DNA of 64,000 nt from Octopus vulgaris (taxonomy: Eukaryota): positions 20,832,001 to 20,896,000 of the forward strand of contig OX597827.1 in the NCBI GenBank assembly GCA_951406725.2, in the 5' to 3' direction. The translations under genes and the position numbers were made by a program. Below the pieces are notes generated by a model. The model saw only the letters and a list, made by a program, of their open reading frames with translations, was not told the origin of the DNA and made no database searches. Positions 26,060 through 37,960 of this stretch are shown one piece after another (positions within the stretch are counted from its first letter, which is position 1; each line of letters opens with the position of its first letter).

Positions 26060-26425
26060 CAATGAGCATCAAAGAACAAAAAAAAAGAAAAAAGACAACA
26101 TGAGAGGGAGACCTTTTAAGCAACGTATTTGTTTGATGCTTAGAAAGAAGGTAAAGGGACTCGATGTTTTGAGCGCTAGTCCTTAGTCAGAAAAATAAAT
26201 ATGAAGGGGAAAATGTTGGAAAGAATAAAAATACCCACAGTCACACACACATACCATATATACATTCGCCATGTTGAACTGCTGAAATCTACCAGTTTTT
26301 TTCTCTCTCTGTTTCTTTTCCTCTTATTCCTTCCTGTTGAAGAGCCTAGCCTCGAAACATAAAAAACATTTTTTTATTTTTCCTGAGTATCAAACTAATA
26401 CGCTTATTTGCTGTTCATATTTTTA
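26060..26425. mobile_element. Two oppositely oriented Penelope-like terminal relics
   Basis: Minus-strand CTGACTAAGGACTAGCGCTCAAAACATC at ~26163-26191 and plus-strand CTGTTGAAGAGCCTAGCCTCGAAACAT at 26334-26360. Confidence 0.45.
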
Positions 26426-26507
26426 GCTTTTGATTTTGCGTTGTCTTCTCCATAATAGATGCCATGCTCATCATTTCAAGTTTATTAACACTTCATCATT
26501 TATTCTT

Positions 26508-26922
26508 ACTCTTACTCTTTTACTCTTTTATTTGTTTCAGTCATTTGACTGCGGCCATGCTGGAGCACCGCCTTTAGTTGAGCAAATCGACCCCAGGACT
26601 TATTCTTTGTAAGCCTAGTACTTATTCTATCGGTCTCTTTTGCCGAACCGCTAAGTTACGGGGGACGTAAACACACCAGCATCGGTTGTCAAGCAATGTT
26701 GTGGGGACAAACACAAACATACAAACACACACACACATACATATACATATACATATATACGATGGGCTTCTTTCAGTTTCCGTTTACCAAATCCACTCAC
26801 AAGGCTTTGGTCAGCCCGAGGCTATAGTAGAAGACACTTGCCCAAGGTGCCACGCAGTGGGACTGAACCCGGAACCATGTGGTTGGTAAGCAAGCTACTT
26901 ACCACACAGTCACCCCTGCGCC
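26508..26922 (-). mobile_element. Family B SINE, full length, 7-bp TSD
   Basis: Complete head, body and tail; TATTCTT at 26501-26507 and 26923-26929. Confidence 0.92.
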
Positions 26923-27137
26923 TATTCTTCTGGATAAGATGTCATTATATTTCAAGTAACATTCTAAAATGTTCTTGTAACATTCTGGAAAATTCCTGAC
27001 AGCTAAGTAAACTGAGGTGTGTATAATTATGTGAACAGGTAAAATATTAACTTATTCGGAAAAGACATCAGTGGGGGAAAATTTTCTTTGAAATGGTGAA
27101 ACTCTGTAAAAGAGGGATTGGATTGAGAAGTTTGGGT

Positions 27138-27657
27138 AACCCCTTATTTTTGTTCGGAAAAATGGGGTGGGGGGAATCAGAACCCTTCTCCAGGAATCAT
27201 TGGAAATTTATTTTTCATTGAATGAATTACGGTGACCTCCTAATATATTCCAAAACACATTTTTTTTGTCCAGAAAACGGGGGTGGGGTGTAATCCTTGG
27301 CAATTTCACCCTTCCTCTTTCCGGAATCATTGGAAAATGCATGTTTTTTTCCTCGCTGAATGAATTATGGTGACCTCCTAATATGCCACAAAATACTTTT
27401 TTTGTCTGGAAAACGGGGTTTGGGGTGGGGTGGAACCCTTGGAAATTTTACCCACCATTTTATAGAAATATGTTTTCGAGTGTGAATTACATGGTTTGTT
27501 ATTAAATAAATATTTACGAGTTGGTATTATATGAATTAATATGTTAGCATTTATATTGTGTGTATTTTATGCTAAAAATATTTCCAATGATTCCAGGATG
27601 AGGGGGAGGGTTCCGATTTCCCACTCCCACATTTTTCTGAACAAAAATAAGGGGTTT
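27138..27657. repeat. Foldback/MITE-like repeat with internal tandem units
   Basis: 27138-27212 is the imperfect reverse complement of 27575-27657; GGAATCATTGGAAA...TGAATGAATTAYGGTGACCTCCTAATAT...GAAAACGGGG is repeated internally. Confidence 0.65.
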
Positions 27658-27768
27658 GCAGCACATTAAGATGTCAACATACTTGATTCCACACGAAAAA
27701 TCCAAGGTTTTTTTTCTTAGTGAAACATCAGCGGGTGTACTTCCCAAAATTTACCAAAGCATATAAAT

Positions 27769-27880
27769 CTGCTGGAAACTGTTCAGAAACATGCAACAAA
27801 ATGAATACCCACCATCAGGCATCTACCATTCTCTGAACATCTTGCTTCCTTAGGCATGGATACATTGAAGCTCAGATTTC
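27769..27880 (+). pseudogene. CR1-type LINE C-terminal fragment
   Basis: Translates LLETVQKHATK*IPTIRHLPFSEHLASLGMDTLKLR, matching the CR1 pattern LExVQRRATKxIPxLxxLxYxERLxxLxLxTL. Confidence 0.65.
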
Positions 27881-28529
27881 ATTAAAAAATTTGAACCTGG
27901 GTTTGCACCCCTGAAGCAAGTTTTGTTGCTGGGCCACTGAAGACAGTGTGATTAAATGAAGACACTGGAAGATTGACTTTTTCAAGAATGTGACTATCAG
28001 TGTATCCAAAGATAAATTTATCTTCAAACTAGAGAAGCACCCCTCCCCTAAAGGACACTGAAAAAGCTTTGAAGCATACTTGGGTGCATTATTTCTGCTC
28101 ACAAAACAAAAAAAAAGCTTAAATGAAACAAGCACTCAGCTATACATAATAATAAACTCCTAACTTCACCATTTCTCTACAAGAAAATATAGATTGCATC
28201 AGACATCAAAATAAATTGAAAAGCAAAGAAGTTTGTCACTGTTATTTACACAAGTGATCCGTGTTTGAAAAACGGTTTGCAGTTATTGTTATTATATGTT
28301 GTTGATATTGGTTGTGGAGATGTTGTTGTTGTTGTTGTTGTTTCTGTTGCTGCTGCTGCTGGTTGTTAAGCAACAAGACGGGTAAGGGTGATTAGGTGAT
28401 GGTCTAGGGCTTAGGGGCGGGAGACCCCAGACCTTTGAAAAAAAAAATACTTTGGTTGTCTTGTTATAGTCAAGGGCTCTTCATTGACGCCCGACACCAC
28501 TGGGAGGTGGTGCTGCTGCTGCTTTGTTT

Positions 28530-28898
28530 GTTTGTTTATTTGTTTGTTGAGCAAAGCGGCCTTCGTCCTAGAAGTCCGAAACGTGGTCCTTTGCTATTCG
28601 TAAGACCCGCAGAAGAAAAAGCAGGTCAACCCCTGACACTGAGAGCGTTGACGGATGGATGAATGCGCATCCAGGCTCAGCAGTTGTGTAGAAAGTTGGG
28701 GACAAGAAACAGGAAGAAAGAGTGAGAGAAAGTTGGGGCGAAAGAGTACAACAGGGATCGCCACCACCCCCTGCCGGAGCTTCGTGGAGTTTTAGGTGTT
28801 TTCGCTCAATAAACACACACAACGCCCGGTCTGGGAATCGAAACCGCGATCCTCCGACTGCGAGTCTGCTGCCCTAACCACTGGGCCATTGCGCCTCC
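28530..28898 (-). mobile_element. Family C SINE, tail type 2
   Basis: Minus head GGAGGCGCAATGGCCCAGTGGTTAGGGCAGC, B-box GGTTTCGATTCCC; ends in a stem-loop and (AAAC)n. Confidence 0.85.
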
Positions 28899-29355
28899 AC
28901 TTGCTGCTGCTGCTGCTGGTTCTTCCGGTAATGATGATGATAGGTTTGGCAGTAGTAATGTTGCTGCCACTGTCACAGACTATCAGAGTTGCAGGAGGGA
29001 AGTTAAAGACTTTCCCGTCTGCTTTATTCAAGGGAAAATTCTTCACTCCTTTGTTGCTTTCTTCTTTCATTTCTTGTTTGTTTGGAAAAAGAAATGATTC
29101 CTCATTTGGATATGTTTTAAGAACTTCTGTGAGTGAGAATTTGGACCCAAGGAAAACCAAAGCGAATTCAATGACCAGTGAACCTTGCAACAAGTCAGCT
29201 CCATATCACATCAGGACCCATTGGCATAAAGTCATTTAAATGAATAGTCTCAGCAACAAATGTACCAATTCTCTCAAACATTATGAAATTGTGATTTAGT
29301 ATTCTGAAATACTACTACTACTACTACTACCACCACCACCAACAACAACACCACC

Positions 29356-29397
<42 letters not shown>

Positions 29398-29400
<3 letters not shown>

Positions 29401-29613
29401 GGGCTTCAAATTTTGTCATAAGGACAGAAATTTTGGAAGAAGGGGTAAGTCGTTTACATGAACTTGAATGTTCAAATGGTACATATTTTATCAACCCCAA
29501 AAGGATGAAAGGCAAAATCGCCCCCAACAGCATTTGAACTCAGAACGTAAAGTTAGAAGAAATGCTGCTAAGCATTTTGTGCGGCCCAGTAATGATTCTG
29601 TCAGCTTGCCACC
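29398..29613 (-). mobile_element. Family A SINE
   Basis: AAGGATGAAAGGCAAAATCG...ATTTGAACTCAGAACG...TCAGCTTGCCACC; (TAA)n flank. Confidence 0.75.
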
Positions 29614-29759
29614 TTATTATTAATAATAATAATAATTGACAAAAACAAAATGTGCTTTTTAAATAAATCTGTTTGCATTCGTTACAATATAAACTTAATT
29701 CTATCTTTCAATATTGAAGAAAATACACATTCCCTGCGGTATACTCGGTCACTTTGTCA

Positions 29760-29970
29760 GTGATGGTGTCACATAAAAAGCACCAATGCTGAGGCCATGT
29801 AAAAAGCACCCACTCCACTCTGTAAAGTGGCTGGCATGTTAGGAAGGGCATCCAGCTGTAGAAACCAAGCCAAAACAGACAATGGAGCTTGGTGGAGCCC
29901 TCCAGATTTGCCAGTTCCTGTCAAACCATCCAGCTCATACCACAATGGAAAACAGACGTCAAATGAGGTT
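29760..29970 (+). mobile_element. RTE-type 3' tail fragment
   Basis: TAAAAAGCACCCACT...TTAGGAAGGGCATCCAGCTGTAGAAAC...GGAAAACAGACGTCAAATG. Confidence 0.7.
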
Positions 29971-30079
29971 GATTTTCTGAGTTGAAATCTTGTCAAGATT
30001 GACTTTGTCACTCATCCTTCTGCAGATCGATAAATTAAGAACCAAGTTATTGTCAAGTTGTCACATACATTCCTCATAT

Positions 30080-30378
30080 CACCGTGATCACCGTGACCGA
30101 CCAGGCTATCAGATGTTGCTACACATCACTGGTCACAATGCGCTTCGCATTGTTTTAGCCTTCAAATGACGCTAATCAAGCAGGCCAACAGAAGAAAGAG
30201 TGAGAGAAAGTTGTAGCGAAAGACTACAGCAGGGATTGTCACCATCCCCTGCCAGAGCCTCGTGGAGCTTTAGGTGTTTTCGCTCAATAAACACTCACAA
30301 CACCTGGTCTGGGAATCGAAACTGCGATCCTACAACCGTGAGTCCGCTGCCCTAACCACTGGGCAATTGTGCCTCCTC
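30080..30378 (-). mobile_element. Family C SINE, tail type 3, 13-bp TSD
   Basis: Same head and body as 24733 and 28530; TSD ACATTCCTCATAT at 30067-30079 and 30379-30391. Confidence 0.9.
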
Positions 30379-30837
30379 ACATTCCTCATATATTCTCCCA
30401 GAAACACGATGCCCAAATAAAATAATTTTTGGCACTCCAAGATGCTGTGCTAGTGCAGCTTCCTCCTGACTTGGTTCCATGACATTTTGTTACAAATAAA
30501 TTTCCAACAATGCTTCTGAAAGACAGCTTTCTTCCAAGAACGTTTGTCTCTTTGATTGTCTCACTTTAAATGCTTAATGTTTCTCAATGTCACTGTTTGT
30601 TTTACTTGTTTGTGTCAACCTGTCAATTATCATCTAATTACAGATTCACACTGATTAGGTTTAATTAACTATTGAAACTAAACAAATACTCTTTCATTCT
30701 TTTTCCAACTGTTTTCTCAGTTGCATGGTTGAAAACAAAAAGACATACAGTAGAAGTGTGTGTTTGTGTATCTGTCTGTGTGTCTGTGTAGTTTGGTATA
30801 CTGTGTGCGTGTAATATTATAGTATTATATATATGGA

Positions 30838-31400
30838 CTAGCAGTATCGCCCGGCGTTGCTCGGGTTTGTAAGGGAAATAACTATATAAGCATTTTTAAA
30901 GAGTTATAGCAAAAAAATTCATTAAAAATGGAATAAAAAATGATGGTAATTTTTTTTTTAAATCGTTGACTCATGTAGACGCTTTCTTAGCCATTTCTGT
31001 TTTGGTGTCTTCAAGCCATGAAGTCGTTGTTCTAAAAGAACGCTGGTCTCCTTGACAACGCTTTACGACGTTGATTTCCTTACACTCCCTTCCCCACAGC
31101 TTCACGAGGGAGGGAAGAAGGGGGAGAAGCAAACAGGTGCAGGCGTGAGCGTGGACGCCAACTCTGCCGCCATCGACACACGAAAAATTATGCATTAAAA
31201 TGGAATAAAAAATGATGTTAAATTATTTTTTAAATCATAGACTCATCGTAGACGCGCGCTAATACTCAGACGGGCTCGATATGAATCACGACTATAAGAT
31301 ACCCGAATTTGGTTAAACTGCACTGGAAAATGTGGGAGTAGTTAGGAATCTAAATCGAAGGGGACAGACACTCACACAACTACAGTTTTATATATATAGA
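30838..31400 (-). mobile_element. Non-autonomous Helitron (long variant)
   Basis: Minus strand starts A|TC-TATATATA, ends CCCGAGCAACGCCGGG hairpin + CGATACTG-CTAG|T, inserted between A and T without TSD; homologous to 57582-57880. Confidence 0.85.
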
Positions 31401-31517
31401 TGTGTCTTTTATGTGTGCTTGTAGTCAGTGATCACTGACATATGGTGAGAGGCATTCTAGCCAAGACCACCATTTGTTGAGAGTTATCTAGGGTATAGCT
31501 AGATAGGTAGAGAGATA

Positions 31518-31735
31518 TATTTCTTTATTGCCCACAAGGGGCTAAACATAGAGGGGACAAACAAAGGGATTAAGTCGATTACATCGACCCTAGTGCATAA
31601 CTGGTACTTTATTTATCGACCCCGAAAGGATGAAAGGCAAAGACGATGTCGGTGGAATTTGAACTCAGAACATAACAGCAGACGAAATACGGCTATGCAT
31701 TTCGACCAGCGTGCTAACGATTCTGCCAGCTTGCC
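31518..31735 (-). mobile_element. Family A SINE
   Basis: Close reverse complement of 1776-1998. Confidence 0.88.
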
Positions 31736-31784
31736 AGATAGATAGAGTGATAGATAGAGAGACAGATAAATAGATAGATAGATG

Positions 31785-31912
<128 letters not shown>

Positions 31913-32082
31913 GACAGAGACACACAGACAGACGTCTGTTCTGCAAGATTTCTTCTTGGTATGTGTATAGAAAAGCAGCAAATTAAGGGATGCAGCTTCA
32001 TTATTATAGAAGATCAATAACAAATATCAGATGCACAAAGAAACAAATACAGTGTGTGTGAATATTCATGTGTGTGTGTGTG

Positions 32083-32114
<32 letters not shown>

Positions 32115-32121
<7 letters not shown>

Positions 32122-32270
32122 GATGGGCTTCTTTCACTTTCTGTCTACCAAATCCACTCACAAAGCTTTGGTCAGCCCAAGGCTATAGTAGAAGACACTT
32201 GCCCTAGGTGCCACACGATGGGACTGAACCTGGAACTGTGTGGTTGGGAAGCAAGCTTCTTACCACACAT
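32115..32270 (-). mobile_element. Family B SINE, 5' half
   Basis: GGGCTTCTTTCACTTTC...GGCTATAGTAGAAGACACTTGCCC...CTTACCACAC. Confidence 0.8.
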
Positions 32271-33230
32271 GCATACACACTGCTGCTCTGCATGCTGATA
32301 TGTGCATGTGCATACACGTATCTATATATAACCATCAGCATCATCATCATTGTCCATGTTCCATGCTGGCATGGGTTGGATGGTTTGACAGGTTCTGATG
32401 GGCCCAAGGACTGCATCATGCACCCAGTACCTGCCCTGACATGGTCCCTGCAACTGGCTGCTCTTCCAAACACCGACCACTTTGCAGAGTGCACTGGGTG
32501 TTTTCCACATGCCTCCATACAGTTCACATGGGTAGGTTAGGGGTGAGGTATAAGAGAAGTGGGGTTGGGGGGGACAGAGCAAGTTCTTACGGGAGAGAAG
32601 CTACATGGCTACTCACATTTAGGGGAGAGTGAGAACGAATCAGTAGTAACTGGGGAAAGATCAGTATTGGGGATGAGGTGTACAGGTGGCCCTTCAAGGT
32701 ATGAGGGTGAGGTGGGGGCGGGGAGGGAGCCAAAATTAGAAGTGGGTGGGTGAGGCCTGCAAGAATGCATGGGGGAAGGGGAATAAGCAACATTTGGAAG
32801 GATTGGGTAGGGTCAAAGGGTGGCTGTAGGGGATAGGGGATGTGGGCTGTGTGGATGGCCATAGGTGCATGAACCAGGGAAGGTGGGGTTAAGGGGAGCA
32901 GCAGGATAGTAATGATGATACAGATGCAGGGTGGGAGGAATAGAGAGATGCCGTGGTTGGGTAGGCTGCAAGAGAGAGAGACAGAGGGTGCATGGAACAT
33001 GAAGAGAAGTAATTCAGTGATGCAGGGGGGGGGGGGGTGATGAAAGGGGATGATCAATGTAATGTATGGGTGTGGAGAACAATGTTAATGGATGAAGAGT
33101 GGCTAAGGAGTGAAAATGGTTTGGGATAGCAAGAAAGAAAAAGTGGTATCAGGAGAGGGAAGTCATGGTAGGAATGGTTTAGGTGGGATGAAATGAGAAG
33201 ACTGGATGAGGTGCCTATCTTGGCACATAT

Positions 33231-33278
<48 letters not shown>

Positions 33279-33519
33279 CAGTGCTGTCCAAAGTTAGTTT
33301 TGCTGTGATGGGCAGGTCTTTTCAAGGACCACATATCACCAGACATCCTAGTCCTTTGCCATCTCTTCCATGAAGCTCAGGGAGCTGAGGTCAGCCTTCA
33401 CTACTTTTTTCCTACATCTTCTTGGGTCTCTCATCCATGCACTGGTTATGCAATGCATATGGGGAAGGAGAGTTGTAGCAATCTATCTATACACACACAC
33501 ATTGTATATATATTACCTT

Positions 33520-34115
33520 TGAACATTGAGCCTCACAGATGCAATGACAGGAGACCAAGACCTTTGGAGATATGCTGTGATTGAGAAGACCCAGCAACTA
33601 AAGTGAGATCGTAGCCATGCATATCTGGCCCTGTTAAGAGTACCCCTGATACATCGGGCAATATGATATGCTTGAGAAGACCTGTTGAGTCAAATAAAAT
33701 CAATATCATAGTTGTGGCCAGTGCCCCCTGACTGGCTCCTGTGCAAGTGGCACGTAAAAAGCACCATCTGAATGTAGTCGATGCCAGGTCTGCCTGACTG
33801 GCTCCTGTGCTGGTAGCATGTAAAAAGCACCATCCAAACGTGGCTGATGCCAGTACCCCCTGACTGTCCCCCACCCCTTGCCTGTGGCACATAAAAAGCA
33901 CTATCTGAACGTGATCAATGCCAGGCCTGCCTGACTGGCTCCTGTGTCGGTGGCACATCAAAAGTATCCACTATACTCTCAGAATGGTTGGCATTAGGAA
34001 GGACATCTAATGCCAGATCAGATTAGAGCCTGGTACAACCCCCTGGCTCTCCAGACCTCAGTCAGACCGTCCAACCCATGCCAGCATGGAAAGCAGACAT
34101 TAAATGATGATGATG
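33520..34115 (+). mobile_element. RTE LINE 3' end with tandem-unit 3' UTR
   Basis: GACCTTTGGAGATATGCTGTG ORF end, four TGGCACGTAAAAAGCACC-type units, (TGA)n tail. Confidence 0.8.
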
Positions 34116-34121
34116 TATATA

Positions 34122-34338
34122 TTCTTTTACTTTTGTACTTGTTTCAGTCATTTAACTGTGGCCATGCTGGAGCACTGCCTTAAAGAGTTTTTAGTCAAAG
34201 AAATTGACCCTAGGACTTATACTTTGTAAGCCTAGTATCATTCTATTGGTCTCTTTTGCCAAACTGCTAAGTTACAGGTGACTTAAACACAGCAACATTG
34301 GTTGTCCAGTGATGGTGGGGGGACAAACACACACACAC

Positions 34339-34396
<58 letters not shown>

Positions 34397-34650
34397 ACTG
34401 GCCTGGTGCAGCCTTCGGGCTCCCAGACCCCAGTTGAACCGTCCAACCCATGCTAGCATGGAAGGCGGACGTTAAATGATGATGATGATGATGATGATAT
34501 ATATGATGAGCTTCTTTCAGTTTCTGTCTATCAAATCCACTTATAAGGCTTTGGTTGGCCCAAGACTATGGAGTAGAAGACATAGTGGAACTGAACCCAG
34601 AACCATATGGTTGGAAAGCAAGCTTCTTACCACACAACCATACCTGCATA
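34122..34650 (-). mobile_element. Family B SINE with a nested RTE tail (34396-34497, +) in its internal (TA)n
   Basis: SINE tail at 34122-34340 and head at 34505-34650 are interrupted by GACTGGCCTGGTGCAGCC...GGACGTTAAATGATGATG. Confidence 0.75.
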
Positions 34651-35429
34651 TATACATTCATTCATACATACATACATATATCATTGTAATCATTCTTGTC
34701 TTAAGACAGGAAGATGTGAATTGATGAAGATTTGGCTGCTATTTCTAGCAGATCGAGCAACCACAAAAAGGATTCTTCATTCAGTTGTTGAACGATGCAG
34801 TAAAAAAGAGGACAGCCACAGTGAACAGGTTCAGTCACCTGTGCACATATTGCACATTGCTGTCTGCAATGCATAACAACATCTCCTTGCGTATTTTCCG
34901 TTCGTTACAGCATGCAACATTACTGCATACTGTGGCAGCAATTTGTAACGAGTCACTTAACTTCAAACATTGCATTGTTTCAACGATGGTTAGGTGGGTG
35001 ATAGTGGTGTGTGTGTATGTGTGTATTTATAAACACACACACAGACACACACACACACACATCTGTACATAGGCACATATATACATACGTAGATATACAC
35101 ACACAGACACAAACACGTACATATATTAAGAGTGAGAGGGAGACATGATCAATTCATGATTCTAACAAATGTCCTGATATACAAATGAACAAAAGCAGTG
35201 TCTGTTGTTACTTGTCGATTTCCCAGGTAGTCGTAAGCACTGTTCTTACTCTATCTGTCTCTCTTTCTTGTTGACTCCTACTCTCTCTCTCTCTCTCTCT
35301 CTCTATCATCTCTCTCTTTCTCTCTATCATCTCTCTCCTCTCTCCTTGAAAATCACATGAATTAAACTCAATGCTCCTGAGGAGCTGGTTATGATCAACA
35401 AAACTAGCTGAGTTATTCACCACTCCATT

Positions 35430-36000
35430 CTGCAGGGAAGGTCTTCTGATTCAACTCCATTCTCGGTTGGTCAAGCAAATTCCTAACTCTGTTCACAAAC
35501 TGATTGTAAGGTTGACCGTGGGGTGGGGTGAGGCGAAGGTTGATGATGAGATGTTTACAGATATGTCTTGATTTGATTGACTTTGGAGTGAACCCCCAAA
35601 CAAATACAAACAGAATCTGCCAAACATTACCAACATGAACCATGCTCCCATTATCACTTGATTCGCTTTGACATCTTGCAGAGTTCAAACCAAAACATCC
35701 ATTTTTTTTTTTTTTTTTGCACCCAGGTAATTCTAGAGGCACATTGGACAGGAGTATGCATTTCTTTCATCTAGAAGCATTACTGCAATGCTATTTGATA
35801 TCAAAGACAGGACAATTTGCTGTCCTTGGTGAGCTTTTGCTAGCAGCAGCTTTGTAAGAAAGCCCTTTCTTGTGCCACTCAGTGCAGTAATGAAGAGGGA
35901 TTCACTCTTATAGTTTTATTTGTGGTTCATTTTTACACATAAACTGATCACAGGTGTTGTGTCCCACCTAGATTTCTTGTACTACCATCGCTTCTTCATC
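35430..36000 (-). pseudogene. Helitron PIF1-type helicase relic
   Basis: Minus translation SLFITALSGTRKGFLTKLLLAKAHQGQQIVLSLISNSIAVMLL (cf. LFFLDAPGGTGKTFL...AVASSGIAATLL), then LQDVKANQVIMG and GNVWQILFV (cf. GDFRQILPV), with frameshifts. Confidence 0.75.
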
Positions 36001-36264
36001 TGGCCCAGGCATCCTATAGTCAGCCAATGTGCTATTAAGAACAGAAACTCCAAAGGACATGTTGCAGAGAACTTGATTGCAAATTTCACTGTAGACATTT
36101 TCATTGTCTTCTCATTTGGTTCAGGAAGTCTTTGACATATTTTGTACACCTGTCAGAATAGATGGAAGATGATGAACTTCACAGGCATGAACAACTGTCG
36201 TCGTCTGATTTTGAGATCTCTATATAATAACTGATTAATTCATATAGTAATTCACATTAGTAAA

Positions 36265-36628
36265 TATATTGAAATCGATCAAAATCAATGGAAATTGTAG
36301 CTGTGATACTAGTGCCGGTGGCACGTAAGAGAATCATCTGAACGTGGCCGTTACCAGCGCCGCCCCGACTGGCCTCCGTGCTGGTGGCACATAAAAAGCA
36401 CCATCCGATCGTGGCCGTTGCCAGCCTCGTCTGGCACCTGTGTCGGTGGCACGTAAAAAGCACCCACTACACTCACGGAGTGGTTGGCGTTAGGAAGGGC
36501 ATCCAGCTGTAGAAACACTGCCAGATGAGACTGGGCCTGGTGCAGCCTTCTGGTTTCCCAGACCCCAGTTGAACCGTCCAACCCATGCTAGCATGGAAAG
36601 CGGACGTTAAACGATGATGATAATGATG
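36265..36628 (+). mobile_element. RTE LINE 3' UTR, young
   Basis: Highly similar to 42170-42589; three tandem units; (TGA)n end. Confidence 0.88.
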
Positions 36629-37092
36629 TTGATCTCTCACAAACTATTTCTTAACACTTCACAAATTAACTCTGACTCGCTCTCTCTCTCTCTCCCGCAC
36701 ATACACACACACACACACACACACAGTTATTCCAATAATTATGTTCCTGGATTCTCTAAATGAAAGAATGTTATAATTTTGAATGAGTGACATTTTTCAA
36801 ATCTAGTTATGAAAGCATTTATACATTGATTCCAGAAAGAGGGAGAGAATGGAGAGAGAAGTGAGATATTTATAAGAATTGTTTAGAATTTGTATACTGT
36901 GGCACATAGATTACTGCATATCTACATATGAGTATGTAAAACTGTGAATATATGCATTGTGTTGGGTACAGAGGTGCCAAAGAAACCCCCTAAAATTTTT
37001 GATGTGGGGCAATGAAAGCGCTTTGAGCATCCTCCAGCAAAACTTCATTGCCAAAACAATAGAAACATTTGTGGATTGATTTGAAACCTTAC

Positions 37093-37173
37093 TTTTCCAT
37101 TGTTGGAGTCGTATGGTTTGATTGATGTACAGATATAGAAAGAATAACTAGCAGTACCCATGGAAATTCCATG
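37093..37173 (-). CDS. Tentative first coding exon of an unidentified secreted protein (MEFPWVLLVILSISVHQSNHTTPTME...)
   Basis: Acceptor TTTACAG before 37186, ACCATGG start context, hydrophobic N-terminus, donor AA|GTAAGG at 37092. No homology recognised; could be chance. Confidence 0.3.
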
Positions 37174-37369
37174 GTTATTTTGAAAACTGTAAAGTTTTCT
37201 GAAACATTTGATTCTTGAGAAGATATGAAAACCCACATGGGCAGTATTGAAGAGGCAATAAATCAATAAATCTATCAGTCAAACAGCTCAGGAACGCACT
37301 GACCATATGCTGAGAGAAATCAGAAAAGCTTGGCTTTCAGGTGAGGGGACCAAGCTGATGCCTGTCAGT

Positions 37370-37960
37370 GATGGCCAGGACCCTCGCCCACTTCATAATG
37401 ACCATTGTGAAGTTTGTCAACTCCTTTATCTATTTGGGCTCCATAGTCACCAACAATGGGTACCTGAGTCAGAAGATCAATCACAGACATGGTCTGGATG
37501 CCAGAGTCATGAACTCCCTATGGAAGCCCCTTTAGCACCACTGCCCTATCTCCCAGAAGGCAAAGCTCCACATCTACAACACATTGGTCCTCTGTGTTCT
37601 CCTCTCTGCACCTCATAAAGACCCTGGCAAAGAGGATTGACAGCTTCAAGATCAGAGCTCTGAGGATCATTGAGAATGTAAGATAGTATCATCATGTTCC
37701 CAGCAAAGGGCTGCATGTACACACACATCAGCCCATGGCCTCCTGCCTTGTAGCCATCGACTGCATGTGCTTGTAGAGACATGCCCTCAGTCTCCACCAG
37801 ATCATCCCGCCATGGCCTTATTCTCATCCAATGCAGCAGCTGTGGGCTGGAAGAGGCCCCCACGTCAGGCCCTGCACAAAATGGCTGGGCGTGATTAGGG
37901 AAGATCTCCAGAGGCTTGACATCATCTTGGTAAATGCGGAGGGGTTGGTATGGGACTGCT
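37370..37960 (+). pseudogene. Second, divergent RTE-clade LINE C-terminal relic
   Basis: Translates VKFVNSFIYLGSIVTNNGYLSQKINHR...KAKLHIYNTLVLCVLL (FxYLGS and KLxIYxxxVxxxLLY motifs). Confidence 0.7.

Noticed and set aside
26460-26995. Third phase-compatible exon candidate (NFPECYKNILECYLKY...)
   Set aside because: Interrupted by a full SINE, contains an internal 10-bp duplication and has a weak acceptor.
28550-28597. GAAAC-GTG-GTC inside a 7-bp stem as a hammerhead
   Set aside because: No CUGANGA core. Better explained as the 3' stem-loop of the SINE tail on the minus strand.
28830-28898. tRNA gene
   Set aside because: A and B boxes are present, but it continues into a SINE body shared by three copies, so it is a tRNA-derived head.
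28792-29193. ORF with GSLVIEF resembling a SEA-domain cleavage motif
   Set aside because: In-frame stop just upstream, no acceptor in that frame, and the ORF runs into a SINE.
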